A stretch of DNA of 64,000 nucleotides from Patescibacteria group bacterium (GTDB lineage Bacteria; Patescibacteriota; Minisyncoccia; UBA6257; UBA9933), in the NCBI GenBank assembly GCA_030017615.1, contig JASEIG010000002.1, positions 11,980-75,979 on the forward strand, read 5' to 3'. The notes beneath the pieces are model-generated. The model made no database searches, was not told where the DNA came from, and worked only from the letters and a program-made list of their open reading frames with translations. The translations under genes and the position numbers were made by a program. Below, piece by piece: positions 8,448 to 17,770 of this stretch; the stretch's first letter is position 1, and each line of letters starts with the position of its first letter.

Positions 8448-10226
8448 ATGAATTCTCCCGTTGAAGAAATTAAAAATCGCATAGATATTGTGGATTTTCT
8501 GCGGTTTTATGTTGAACTAAAACCGGCTGGCAAAAATTTTAAAGCCCGATGTCCGTTTCATAACGAAAAAACGCCGTCTTTTATGGTGTCGCCGGAAAGA
8601 CAAACATGGCATTGTTTCGGTTCGTGTTCCGAAGGCGGCGATATCTTTAAATTTTTAATGAAATTTGAAAATATTGAATTTTACGAAGCGTTAAAAATTT
8701 TGGCGGAAAAAGCCGGCGTGGAGTTGAAAAAAATCAGTCCGTCCGACCAGAAACAGTTTGGAATTTTATACGACATAAACGAAACCGCGAAAGATTATTT
8801 TAAACAGCGGCTCGCGCAAAACGAACGGCCGCAAAAATATCTGGACGAGCGAAAATTAAAAAAAGAAACTATTGAAGAATTTGAAATCGGGTTTGCCCCG
8901 CAAGCGTATGACGAGCTCACGTTATATTTAGTGAATCTCGGGTATGACGTGAAAGATATTGAACGCGCCGGTTTGAATTTTAAAAGCGAAAGAGGAAATT
9001 ATCTGGACAGGTTCAGGGGAAGAATAATGTTTCCCATTTACAACCATTTCGGGAAAACCGTGGGGTTTAGCGGAAGAATTCTGCCGGAACTTGATAATGG
9101 AGAAATGGGCAAATATATAAACAGCCCCGAAACGCCAATTTTCAATAAATCAAAAATTCTCTATGGCTTTCATAAATCAAAAAACTTTATTCGGGAAGAA
9201 AAAAATGTTTTTTTAGTGGAGGGACAGATGGATTTTTTAATGTGCTGGCAGGACGGAATTAAAAACGCGGCGGCGACTTCAGGAACCGCCCTAACCGGCG
9301 ACCACCTTAAAGCGTTAAAACGCATTGCGGACAACCTTATTTTTTCTTTTGATAATGACGAAGCGGGATTAAAAGCCGCTGAAAGGGCGATTGACTTGGC
9401 AAATAATATGGATTTCAATGTGAAAGTTTTACCGCTGAAAGAATTTAAAGACCCGGCGGAAGCGGTAATGAAAAAACCCAGTTTTTTGAAAAGCATTATA
9501 AAAGAAGCAAAGCTCGCGATGGAATTTTATTTTGACGCGTATTTAAAGAAAAATGAAAGTGGCGATTTTTCTGATGACAAAAAAAACATCAGGGCGGTTT
9601 TGGCAAAAGTGAAAAATATTTCCAGTCCTATAGAGCGAGCGCACTGGCTCTCGGAACTTGGCCATAAAGTAAACATTGATGAAAAAATTCTTGCGGAAGA
9701 AATGAACCAGATAAAACTTGCGCCGGAAGGACAAACACTAAACGAAGAAAATTTTAAAAAAATAAATATTCAAACCGTTGCGGGAAAAAATAGAGTGGAT
9801 ATGATTGCCAAAAGATTGATTATCTTAACTTTGGCAATCGGGCAAAAACTGTCTGATGAAAAAAAGTGTCGTCTTTTCGGTAATTTAAAAGAATCTATTC
9901 AATATCTGCCCGAAAAATATAAAGAGATATTTGAATTGACGGCAAACGAAAAAACATCGGATAAGCCCGAAATTTTAAACCTGATGGAATCTCTTTCGCT
10001 TCAATCCAGTATGGAAATTGAAAAGCTGAAATCGGACGATAAAGCGGAACGTGAATTTTTAGAACTTTTAAAACAGTTGGAATTTGAATATTTAAAAAAC
10101 GAATCGGAAAAAACCGCAAAAAAAATAAAAGAGGCGGAAAAAAAGGATGATAAAGAAAATCTTGAAATTGCCCTTAAACAATTTGACAAGATATCAAAAC
10201 TGCTACACAATAAACAAGAAAGTTAA
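8448..10226 (+). CDS. dnaG: DNA primase
   Basis: Zinc ribbon CPFHNEKTPSF...HCFGSC; Toprim EGQMD...DND. Confidence 0.9.
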   Translation: MNSPVEEIKNRIDIVDFLRFYVELKPAGKNFKARCPFHNEKTPSFMVSPERQTWHCFGSCSEGGDIFKFLMKFENIEFYEALKILAEKAGVELKKISPSDQKQFGILYDINETAKDYFKQRLAQNERPQKYLDERKLKKETIEEFEIGFAPQAYDELTLYLVNLGYDVKDIERAGLNFKSERGNYLDRFRGRIMFPIYNHFGKTVGFSGRILPELDNGEMGKYINSPETPIFNKSKILYGFHKSKNFIREEKNVFLVEGQMDFLMCWQDGIKNAAATSGTALTGDHLKALKRIADNLIFSFDNDEAGLKAAERAIDLANNMDFNVKVLPLKEFKDPAEAVMKKPSFLKSIIKEAKLAMEFYFDAYLKKNESGDFSDDKKNIRAVLAKVKNISSPIERAHWLSELGHKVNIDEKILAEEMNQIKLAPEGQTLNEENFKKINIQTVAGKNRVDMIAKRLIILTLAIGQKLSDEKKCRLFGNLKESIQYLPEKYKEIFELTANEKTSDKPEILNLMESLSLQSSMEIEKLKSDDKAEREFLELLKQLEFEYLKNESEKTAKKIKEAEKKDDKENLEIALKQFDKISKLLHNKQES

Positions 10227-10293
10227 GTTTTATTAACACTCGCAAAACCCCGATAAAAGGGGGTTGTGTTTTGTTTAAAAAACACCTATTTAA

Positions 10294-11592
10294 ATGAAAA
10301 AAAATAAAAAAAGAAAAAAGAAAAAGAAAATATTCGCGAAAAAAACCGCCGCAAAAAAAAGAAAAATCGCGAAACCGAAAAGGAAAATTACCAAAAAAGT
10401 AAAAAAGAAAATAAGAAAACCGACGAAAATCGCGAAAAAATGGCGCAAAAAAACCAAAAAAACCGGTAGAAAACCAAGATCCGCGGCTAAGTTAAAAACT
10501 AAGGCAAAAAGCGCGGCAAAAATTTTATTTAATAAAGAAAAAGTAGAAGAACTTATTCATCGGGGAAGAAATAAGGGTTTTGTGACCGACACGGAAATTA
10601 TTTACTATTTCCCCAATATTGAGGACGACATTTCCCAGCTTGAAGAGTTATATGATGTTTTGGACAAAAATAACATTAAAGTCATTGAAACGGTGGCTTT
10701 AATTGACTTGCCGAAAGAGGATGGAGCTAAAAAGAAAAAAGATGAAAAACGCTATGAAGCTGACTTGCCAGATTCAGTCCAGCTTTATTTGAAAGAAATC
10801 GGCAGATACCCTCTTTTAACTTTTGCCGAAGAAAAAGATTTGGCGAAAAGAGCTGAAAATAATGATGAGGAAGCAAGGCAGAAACTTATTCAATCCAACT
10901 TAAGATTGGTTGTTTCCATCGCAAAAAGATACGCGCACAGAACGACTCAAATGAATATCTTGGATTTGATTCAGGAAGGAAACATCGGATTGTCAAAAGC
11001 CGTGGATAAATTTGATTACAGACGAGGATTTAAATTTTCCACTTACGCGACTTGGTGGATAAAACAGGCGATTGCCAGAGCGTTGGCGGACCAATCCAGA
11101 ACCGTCAGAATTCCGGTGCATATGATTGAAAATATTTCCAAATATACGCAGGTAAAAAGAAGATTAATGCAGGAACTGGGACGCGACCCTTTGGCGGAAG
11201 AAATCGCGATTGAAATGGGAACTACGGAAGATAAAATTTATAATTTGCAAAAAATTTCGCAGGAAGTTATTTCACTTGAAGCTCCATTGACGGAAGACAA
11301 CGAGGAAGCGACCTTGTCTGACTTGATTAAAGACGAAAAAAATCTTTCTCCAACTCAATCGGCCGAACTGGCGCTCTTGAAAGAAAAAATAAAAGAAATT
11401 TTAATTGACCTTACGCCAAGAGAGCAGGAAATTTTATTGCTTCGCTTCGGATTGGAAGACGGAATTACGCATACTCTGGAAGAAGTGGGGAAAAAATTCG
11501 GAGTTACGCGCGAAAGAATTCGTCAAATTGAAGCAAAATCTTTGGAAAAAATCAAAGTAAATATTAAATCAAAAGAATTGGAAGGATATTAA
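10294..11592 (+). CDS. rpoD: RNA polymerase sigma-70 factor RpoD with a roughly 75-aa lysine-rich N-terminal extension
   Basis: Regions 1.2-4 conserved ([11 protein letters not shown], region 2 IAKRYAHRT...[10 protein letters not shown], region 4 [21 protein letters not shown]). First ~75 aa is K/R-rich. dnaG-rpoD synteny. Confidence 0.92.
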   Translation: MKKNKKRKKKKKIFAKKTAAKKRKIAKPKRKITKKVKKKIRKPTKIAKKWRKKTKKTGRKPRSAAKLKTKAKSAAKILFNKEKVEELIHRGRNKGFVTDTEIIYYFPNIEDDISQLEELYDVLDKNNIKVIETVALIDLPKEDGAKKKKDEKRYEADLPDSVQLYLKEIGRYPLLTFAEEKDLAKRAENNDEEARQKLIQSNLRLVVSIAKRYAHRTTQMNILDLIQEGNIGLSKAVDKFDYRRGFKFSTYATWWIKQAIARALADQSRTVRIPVHMIENISKYTQVKRRLMQELGRDPLAEEIAIEMGTTEDKIYNLQKISQEVISLEAPLTEDNEEATLSDLIKDEKNLSPTQSAELALLKEKIKEILIDLTPREQEILLLRFGLEDGITHTLEEVGKKFGVTRERIRQIEAKSLEKIKVNIKSKELEGY

Positions 11593-11626
11593 TTCAATAT
11601 ATCGGCGCTTGATATTTTAAATAATT

Positions 11627-13453
11627 ATGAATTCGCGAGAATTAAGAGAAAAATTTTTTGATTTTTTTAAAAAACGTGGGCATACGATTGTAAAATCTTC
11701 TTCTTTAATCCCTGACGATCCGTCGGTTCTTTTAACGACCGCAGGGATGCAGCAATTTAAAAAATATTACACCGGTGAACTTGACGCTATGGACAGTTTC
11801 GGTTCGCAAAGAACCGTTTCAATACAAAAAAGTTTTCGGACAAGCGATATTGAAGAAGTGGGCGACGAAACTCACCTCACTTTTTTTGAAATGTTTGGTA
11901 ATTTTTCATTTGGACCAGTCGGAACGGACAACCCGGAAGACACCGGAAAAATCGGGTATTTTAAAAGAGCGTCAATTTATTGGGCGTATGAATTTATTAC
12001 CAATATTTTAGAAATTTCCGAAAATAGAATTTACGTGTCTGTTTTTGCCGGAGATAAAGAAATTTCTTTTGACCAAGAATCTTATGATATTTGGAAAAAC
12101 GAAATAAAAATTCCTGAAAACAGAATTTTTAAAGGGTCTCGGCAGGATAATTTTTGGGGACCCACCGGAGAAGAAGGGCCATGCGGGCCGTCAACGGAAA
12201 TTTATATCACGCCTTCCGCCGCCGAAGCTGAAGCGGGCAAGGGAGTGGAAATCTGGAATATCGTTTTTAACGAATTTTACAAAAATAAAATCGGAATTTA
12301 TCAAAAAACCGAAAATCTGGGAGTGGATACGGGGATGGGTATGGAAAGACTAGCTGTAATATTACAAGGAGTTAATAATGTTTTTGAAACCGATTTATTC
12401 GTTTCTATTATGGCTAAAATCAATGAATTAACTCCGTCTGCGGACAATAGAATTAAAAGAATCTTGGCGGACCATTTAAGAGGCGCTATATTTTTAGTTG
12501 CTGACGGAGTTTTGCCTTCCAATAAAGAAGCTGGATATGTATTAAGAAGACTACTGAGAAGAATTTTAGCTTATCAGATTGTAAACGACATACATGCCGA
12601 TTTATTTGCCGAAAGCGTGGAAATAATAAAAAATAATTTCGGAGAATTTTATCCCGAATTAAATAAAACAAAAGAAATTCTGAACGTTTTAGAAGAGGAA
12701 AAAGTAAAATTTGAAGAAACAATCGGCAGGGGAATACGTGAAATTGAGAAATACAAAGAGAGCGGAAAAGAAATCAGCGGAAGCGAAGCGTTTTATTTAT
12801 ATGAAACTTTCGGACTGCCGTTTGAATTAATTAAAGAATTGGCGCCGTCCAAATTAACCGCAAATTTAAACAAAGCGGATTTTGACAGGGAATTTGAAAA
12901 ACATCAGGAAATTTCACGAGCGGGAGCCGAAAAAAAATTCGGCGGACACGGATTGATTTTTGACACCGGAGAATTAAAAGCGGCAACCGAAGAAGAAATG
13001 AAAAAAGTTATACGCCTGCATACCGCCACTCATTTATTACAATGGGCATTGCGGCAAGTTTTAGGAAACGAAGTAAAACAAATGGGTTCAGATATTACTT
13101 CTGAAAGATTGCGTTTTGATTTTTCTTTCGGAAGAAAAATAACTCCGGAAGAAATTAAACAGGTTGAAAATTTAGTAAATGAAAAAATTAATCTAAATCT
13201 TCCCGTTTACTTTGAAGAAATGAGTAAGGAAGAAGCGGAAAAATCGGGCGCGCTGGCGTTTTTCAGGCAAAAATATCCGTCTGTGGTTAAAGTTTATTTT
13301 ATCGGTTTCAAAGCGAGCGGAGAAATAATCAGCAAAGAACTTTGCGGAGGTCCGCACGTGGAATATACATCCGAGATTGGAAAGTTTAAAATAATTAAAG
13401 AAGAATCGGTGGGAATGGGTATCAGAAGAATTAAAACGATACTCAGCAATTAA
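11627..13453 (+). CDS. alaS: alanyl-tRNA synthetase, short form (catalytic, tRNA-recognition and editing domains; no C-Ala domain)
   Basis: N-terminal motif FFKKRGHTIVKSSSLIPDDPSVLLTTAGMQQFK; editing HxxxH (HTATHLL) and CGGPHV; 608 aa against about 870 typical. Confidence 0.85.
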   Translation: MNSRELREKFFDFFKKRGHTIVKSSSLIPDDPSVLLTTAGMQQFKKYYTGELDAMDSFGSQRTVSIQKSFRTSDIEEVGDETHLTFFEMFGNFSFGPVGTDNPEDTGKIGYFKRASIYWAYEFITNILEISENRIYVSVFAGDKEISFDQESYDIWKNEIKIPENRIFKGSRQDNFWGPTGEEGPCGPSTEIYITPSAAEAEAGKGVEIWNIVFNEFYKNKIGIYQKTENLGVDTGMGMERLAVILQGVNNVFETDLFVSIMAKINELTPSADNRIKRILADHLRGAIFLVADGVLPSNKEAGYVLRRLLRRILAYQIVNDIHADLFAESVEIIKNNFGEFYPELNKTKEILNVLEEEKVKFEETIGRGIREIEKYKESGKEISGSEAFYLYETFGLPFELIKELAPSKLTANLNKADFDREFEKHQEISRAGAEKKFGGHGLIFDTGELKAATEEEMKKVIRLHTATHLLQWALRQVLGNEVKQMGSDITSERLRFDFSFGRKITPEEIKQVENLVNEKINLNLPVYFEEMSKEEAEKSGALAFFRQKYPSVVKVYFIGFKASGEIISKELCGGPHVEYTSEIGKFKIIKEESVGMGIRRIKTILSN

Positions 13454-13463
13454 TAAACAAAAT

Positions 13464-13850
13464 ATGATAAAAACAATTATAAAATTTTTTGACAAATTAG
13501 AAGACAAAGTAAGAGAAAAATTAAGTCGCAAGCCGATTTTATACGCTTTAGTTGGAAGCATCGGTATAATTTTATTATGGCGTGGCGTTTGGCATCTGGC
13601 TGACGATGTCGGAATGTCCAGTTGGATATCTGTGATTTCAGGAATTTTAATACTTCTTTTGATAGGATTGTTTGTTTCATTTTTTGTCGGAGAACAAACG
13701 ATTATAAGCGGAATTAAAGCCGAACGTAAAATTGACGAAAAAACCGAAGAAGAAATTAAAAAAGAAGCCATTACACTGGAAGAATTACACGAAGACATTG
13801 AAGAAATAAAAGATAAAATAGGAATTCAAAAAAACAAAGAAAACAAATGA
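13464..13850 (+). CDS. hypothetical two-TM membrane protein with charged C-terminal tail
   Basis: ORF with two hydrophobic helices and a K/E-rich tail; no recognisable family. Confidence 0.4.
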   Translation: MIKTIIKFFDKLEDKVREKLSRKPILYALVGSIGIILLWRGVWHLADDVGMSSWISVISGILILLLIGLFVSFFVGEQTIISGIKAERKIDEKTEEEIKKEAITLEELHEDIEEIKDKIGIQKNKENK

Positions 13851-13915
13851 TTTTGCCTTGAAAATTATTCGTGTTTTGATAAACTGTAAAAGTTAAAAAA
13901 ATAAAATAAAAACAT

Positions 13916-13990
13916 TCCGCGGTAGCTCAATGGTAGAGCAACGCCCTGTTAAGGCGATGGTTGTAGGTTCGAGTCCTACCCGCGGAGCCA
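13916..13990 (+). tRNA. tRNA-Asn (anticodon GTT), CCA encoded
   Basis: Cloverleaf folded by hand: acceptor TCCGCGG/CCGCGGA, D GCTC/GAGC, anticodon stem ACGCC/GGCGA with loop CTGTTAA, T-stem GTAGG/CCTAC, T-loop TTCGAGT. Confidence 0.85.
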
Positions 13991-14009
13991 AAGAATACGA
14001 TGCGAACTT

Positions 14010-14043
14010 CCGATTTTCCGAAAAAATCGGATTTTCGTTTTTT
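14010..14043 (+). terminator. hairpin CCGATTTT/AAAATCGG plus T-run right after tRNA-Asn
   Basis: Inverted repeat and T-tract read directly. Confidence 0.6.
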
Positions 14044-14137
14044 AGGGACGATTGTTCAACCCAGCCCCGCCTTCGCCAAAGATACGGACGGATAAGGAAA
14101 TGGGGACGAAAGGGGTAATAAGTGATAAAATGGAGTT

Positions 14138-14614
14138 ATGAGAATAAATAATTTTTTCAAATTGGTTATTGCGATTGTGGTGTCGGAAGCGGCCGGAATT
14201 ATCGGGTCGTTTTTTACGATCTCGGCAATTCCAAATTAGTGATCAATACTTGTGAAGTCGGCGTTGAATCCGCCTGCTTAGGTATTCGGTCCCGCGTGAA
14301 CAACGCTTTATGCGTTGATGGGTATCGCCGCATTTTTGATATGGCGCATGGGTTGGAAACGGAAAGAGGTAAAAGCGGCGCTTGGCGTGTTCGGTATCCA
14401 GCTTTTCTTAAACGCTGTTTGGTCAATTATTTTCTTTGGTTTGCAAAATCCTGGCTGGGCACTCGTTGATATCGTGGCACTCTGGTTTGCAATCGTTTGG
14501 ACGATGGTTGTTTTTTATAAAATCTCGAAGCCAGCCACATATCTTCTCGTGCCGTATATTCTTTGGGTAAGTTTCGCCATATATTTAAACTACACGATCT
14601 GGGCTTTAAATTGA
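14138..14614 (+). pseudogene. tspO: TspO/MBR (tryptophan-rich sensory protein) pseudogene with four in-frame nonsense codons (TAG, TGA, TAG, TGA) at conserved Trp positions
   Basis: Continuous-frame translation MRINNFFKLVIAIVVSEAAGIIGSFFTISAIPN**SILVKSALNPPA*VFGPA*TTLYALMGIAAFLIWRMGW...LNYTIWALN aligns to the TspO consensus ...WY..L.KP.W.PP.WVFGPVWT.LY.LMG. About 159 codons total. GC visibly higher than the flanks. Confidence 0.75.
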
Positions 14615-14620
14615 AAAAAA

Positions 14621-15085
14621 ATGACCACATACAAACACACTCAAATTGGGTATCTGATGCTGATTGTCTTACTGGTCGTGCTGGTTCTCTTTGTATGGAT
14701 GCAAATTACAGCCCGCGCCGAGCCTCCCTCGTACTACTCCGGCACAAATTTTGCCATTACTGCCATAATGGCATTGATTCTGTTTATTCTTGCATCGTTT
14801 ACAACACTGACAACATCCATTGACGAAAACTATCTTCGGATCAAGTTTGGCTATGTCATATTTCGCAAAAAATTCTCGGCAAGTGAGATTGTGTCAACGG
14901 CACAGGTAAAAAACCATTGGTATTATGGCTGGGACATACGGCTGTGGTTTTGGCCGCGGATGTGGATTTTTAATGTTTCCGTTTTTGACGCGGTTGAAAT
15001 TCGAATGAAGAACGGAAAAATCTACCGGATCGGAACGGATGAACCGGAAAAACTTGAGACCGCGATTAAGCAAGTCATAAGTTAA
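14621..15085 (+). CDS. hypothetical membrane protein on the GC-rich island (PH/bPH-like C-terminal region possible)
   Basis: ORF with two TM helices; GC-rich; followed by a GC-rich perfect palindrome. Confidence 0.45.
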   Translation: MTTYKHTQIGYLMLIVLLVVLVLFVWMQITARAEPPSYYSGTNFAITAIMALILFILASFTTLTTSIDENYLRIKFGYVIFRKKFSASEIVSTAQVKNHWYYGWDIRLWFWPRMWIFNVSVFDAVEIRMKNGKIYRIGTDEPEKLETAIKQVIS

Positions 15086-15089
15086 GTAA

Positions 15090-15111
15090 ACCTGCCTGCC
15101 GGCAGGCAGGT
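15090..15111 (+). terminator. perfect 22-bp GC-rich palindrome ACCTGCCTGCCGGCAGGCAGGT followed by a T-rich tract
   Basis: Read directly; located 5 nt after the stop codon of the 14621..15085 ORF. Confidence 0.6.
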
Positions 15112-15426
15112 CACGCCAAGCGTTTATTTTTATTCAAACCGGTTGGTAGTAGTGGAAACCTGGTGAAACAAGCTCGTGTCTGCGGCACAAAGCTCGCCAC
15201 AGGGGCAATTAGAGGGCAACGACGGGTTGATTGTCTCTTGGCATTCGGCAAGCAGTTGGTTCATATGGGTTAAAATAACGGTGGGATATTTGTATTCTTC
15301 CGCCCAATCAAATGTTCGAAAGTCATCGAGCGGGATGAGTCAAATTGTATGTTGAAAGTTTGTTGCCTTGGCGCTTCGCGCCGTTATATCTGGATTAAAA
15401 AATAAAATTCAGAGATAATTAAATCA

Positions 15427-16008
15427 ATGGATATTTTTTCTCACGGTCTTTGGGCGGGAGCCGCGTATAAAGCTCTTCGGCAAAAGCAAATTCAATATAA
15501 AAATAAAAATCTTTTAAAACCGCTTCAAGCCGCGTTTTGGGGAATTTTCCCCGATATTTTTTCTTTCACGCCGGTTTTTATTTGGCTTTTTGGAAATTTA
15601 GTTTTAGGCACCATTGATTTTCAAAATCTTCCCAAACCTGACGGGATAGAGCCTGCCCAAAAAGATACTTTGCCGATTTTCCGTCTCACTTCAATGCTTT
15701 ATAATGCAAGTCATAGTATTATTATTTTTCTGATTGTGTTTGGTTTTGCGCTGATTATAAAACGGATATTATTTTCCGAAAATCAAATAATGACATGGGA
15801 AATGGGGGCGTGGCTTTTTCATATTTCAATAGATATCCCGACGCACTCCTACCAATTCTATCCCACACCGTTTTTATGGCCAATTTCCGACTGGAAATTT
15901 AACGGATTTTCTTGGGGAACTCCATGGTTTATGATTATTAATTATTCGGCGCTTGCGGTTGTTTATATTATTTTAAGTAAAAAAATATCTGTTAAGAATA
16001 GGCAATGA
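15427..16008 (+). CDS. membrane-bound metal-dependent hydrolase-like protein (DUF457/YdjM-like)
   Basis: N-terminal MDxFSHG and HISIDIPTH His motifs in a polytopic membrane protein; family assignment from memory. Confidence 0.4.
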   Translation: MDIFSHGLWAGAAYKALRQKQIQYKNKNLLKPLQAAFWGIFPDIFSFTPVFIWLFGNLVLGTIDFQNLPKPDGIEPAQKDTLPIFRLTSMLYNASHSIIIFLIVFGFALIIKRILFSENQIMTWEMGAWLFHISIDIPTHSYQFYPTPFLWPISDWKFNGFSWGTPWFMIINYSALAVVYIILSKKISVKNRQ

Positions 16009-17093
16009 CGATATTCCCAAAAAAAATAATATTCACGCTTGTAATTTTAACCGTTATTGTCGGATTTTTTATTTATAAAACAAATCTGATAGTAATAGAA
16101 AATCTGGATAAAAATTCCACTTTAGCCGCGCAAACAACAGCGCCCGCAATAACGCCTAAAAAAATACCTGAACAAATAAAAGCTGTTTATGTTACCGCTC
16201 CGGTCGCTTTAATTCCTTCAAGAATAAATCAATTAATAGAACTCGTAAAAACAACCGAAGTCAACGCTATGGTTATTAATGTGAAAGACGGGGATGATGT
16301 TTATTTAACCGACCAAATGGCAAACTTAGTAAAACGACTCGCGGACGAGAATATTTATACAATCGCGCGCATCGTGGTGTTTCAAGACAACGCGCTTGCC
16401 AAACATAAACCAGAAACAGCGCTTCGAGATTCATCGGGCGGAATTTGGGACGGAAACGGCTATAAATGGGTTGACCCGGCAAATAAAGAAGTGTGGAATT
16501 ACAACCTTAATATCGCTCTAAAAGCCGCAGAAATGGGTTTTGACGAGCTTAATTTTGATTACTTCAGATTTCCATCCGATGGAAAAATTTCAAAAATAAT
16601 TTATCCCTCGTATAATGAAAAAACTCCAAAAGAACAAATTATAAACAGTTTTGCCGATTTTTTGATAAGCGAAATTAAAAAAGCGCGCCCCAATATAATC
16701 GTTTCTTTGGATATTTTTGGATATACGTTTGTAACCGAAAAAGATTTGGGTATCGGACAGAGATTAATTGATTTGACAAATTATTTTGATGTAATTTCTC
16801 CTATGGTTTATCCGTCGCATTATTTAAAAGGAAATTTTGGCTTTAAAAATCCGGCCGAACATCCTTACGAAGTTGTGTTGGAATCGCTTAAAAAAGGCGA
16901 CGAGATATTGAATAAATCCGCCAAGAAACCCGTGATACGCCCGTGGTTGCAGGATTTTGATTTGGGAGCCGATTACACTCCGCAAATGGTGCGCGCGCAA
17001 ATAAAAGCCGTTGAAGACAGTAATAATAAAAAGGGATGGATGGTTTGGAATCCCAGCGTTGTTTATAATCCGGATAATTTTCTTTCGGAATAA
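16005..17093 (+). CDS. predicted TIM-barrel glycoside-hydrolase-like protein (COG1306/DUF4015-like), N-terminal TM/signal anchor
   Basis: Conserved stretch FDYFRFPSDG ... FGYTFVTEKDLGIGQ ... ISPMVYPSHY typical of this uncharacterised GH-like family; overlaps the upstream gene by 4 nt. Confidence 0.5.
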   Translation: MTIFPKKIIFTLVILTVIVGFFIYKTNLIVIENLDKNSTLAAQTTAPAITPKKIPEQIKAVYVTAPVALIPSRINQLIELVKTTEVNAMVINVKDGDDVYLTDQMANLVKRLADENIYTIARIVVFQDNALAKHKPETALRDSSGGIWDGNGYKWVDPANKEVWNYNLNIALKAAEMGFDELNFDYFRFPSDGKISKIIYPSYNEKTPKEQIINSFADFLISEIKKARPNIIVSLDIFGYTFVTEKDLGIGQRLIDLTNYFDVISPMVYPSHYLKGNFGFKNPAEHPYEVVLESLKKGDEILNKSAKKPVIRPWLQDFDLGADYTPQMVRAQIKAVEDSNNKKGWMVWNPSVVYNPDNFLSE

Positions 17094-17140
17094 AAATTAT
17101 TTTTTGACTTTCTGACATCAAGTTTTATAATATATAACTA

Positions 17141-17656
17141 ATGGATAAAAATATTTTTTTGGCGATGTTTTTAATAATTCTTGTTTTTATCGGCGGTTAT
17201 TATTTTGCCAACCGCTTTGATTTTAATATCAATATGAAAAATAATGTCGGTAATCAAGAACAACCGCAAAATTCCACAACAAGCCAAAATAATGTAAATA
17301 ATCAAATGTTGACAAATAATAATTTTGAGCAAAAGGGTCCGAAAATAGAAGTTATCAAACAAGGAGAGGGGATAGCGGCTAAAAGCGGCGATAAAGTTAC
17401 GGTGCATTATACCGGCGTATTGGAAGACGGAAAAAAGTTTGATTCAAGTATAGACAGGGAACAGCCGTTTCAATTTACTTTAGGCGCGGGACAAGTAATT
17501 AAAGGATGGGATTTGGGCGTATTGGGAATGAAAGTCGGGGAAAAAAGAAAATTAATTATTTCTCCCGATTTGGGATATGGGGCTAACGGATTTCCGGGGG
17601 CTATTCCGCCCAACGCCACTCTTATTTTTGAAGTGGAGATGTTGAAAATTAACTGA
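17141..17656 (+). CDS. FKBP-type peptidyl-prolyl cis-trans isomerase, N-terminal TM anchor and Q/N-rich linker
   Basis: C-terminal FKBP domain [18 protein letters not shown]...[10 protein letters not shown]...LIFEVEML. Confidence 0.88.
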   Translation: MDKNIFLAMFLIILVFIGGYYFANRFDFNINMKNNVGNQEQPQNSTTSQNNVNNQMLTNNNFEQKGPKIEVIKQGEGIAAKSGDKVTVHYTGVLEDGKKFDSSIDREQPFQFTLGAGQVIKGWDLGVLGMKVGEKRKLIISPDLGYGANGFPGAIPPNATLIFEVEMLKIN

Positions 17657-17770
17657 TATATGTTTTTTAATTTTTGACATTGGCTTATAATTTAAGTATT
17701 ATGCAAAAGCAGGTGATTTATTGCCCAAGCGGGCTTTTTTTATTGAAACATTTAATTTGCAATTATTTAT

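Noticed and set aside
13930-14118. 62-aa ORF on the + strand
   Set aside because: It overlaps tRNA-Asn and its terminator; it has no RBS and is a six-frame artefact.
14138-14614. Possibility that TAG/TGA are recoded as Trp (alternative genetic code) rather than the TspO being a pseudogene
   Set aside because: TGG is used for eight other Trp residues in the same gene. TAA, TGA and TAG all serve as terminators of conserved genes in this window (adk ends TGA, map ends TAG, most others TAA). No known code reassigns both TAG and TGA to Trp.
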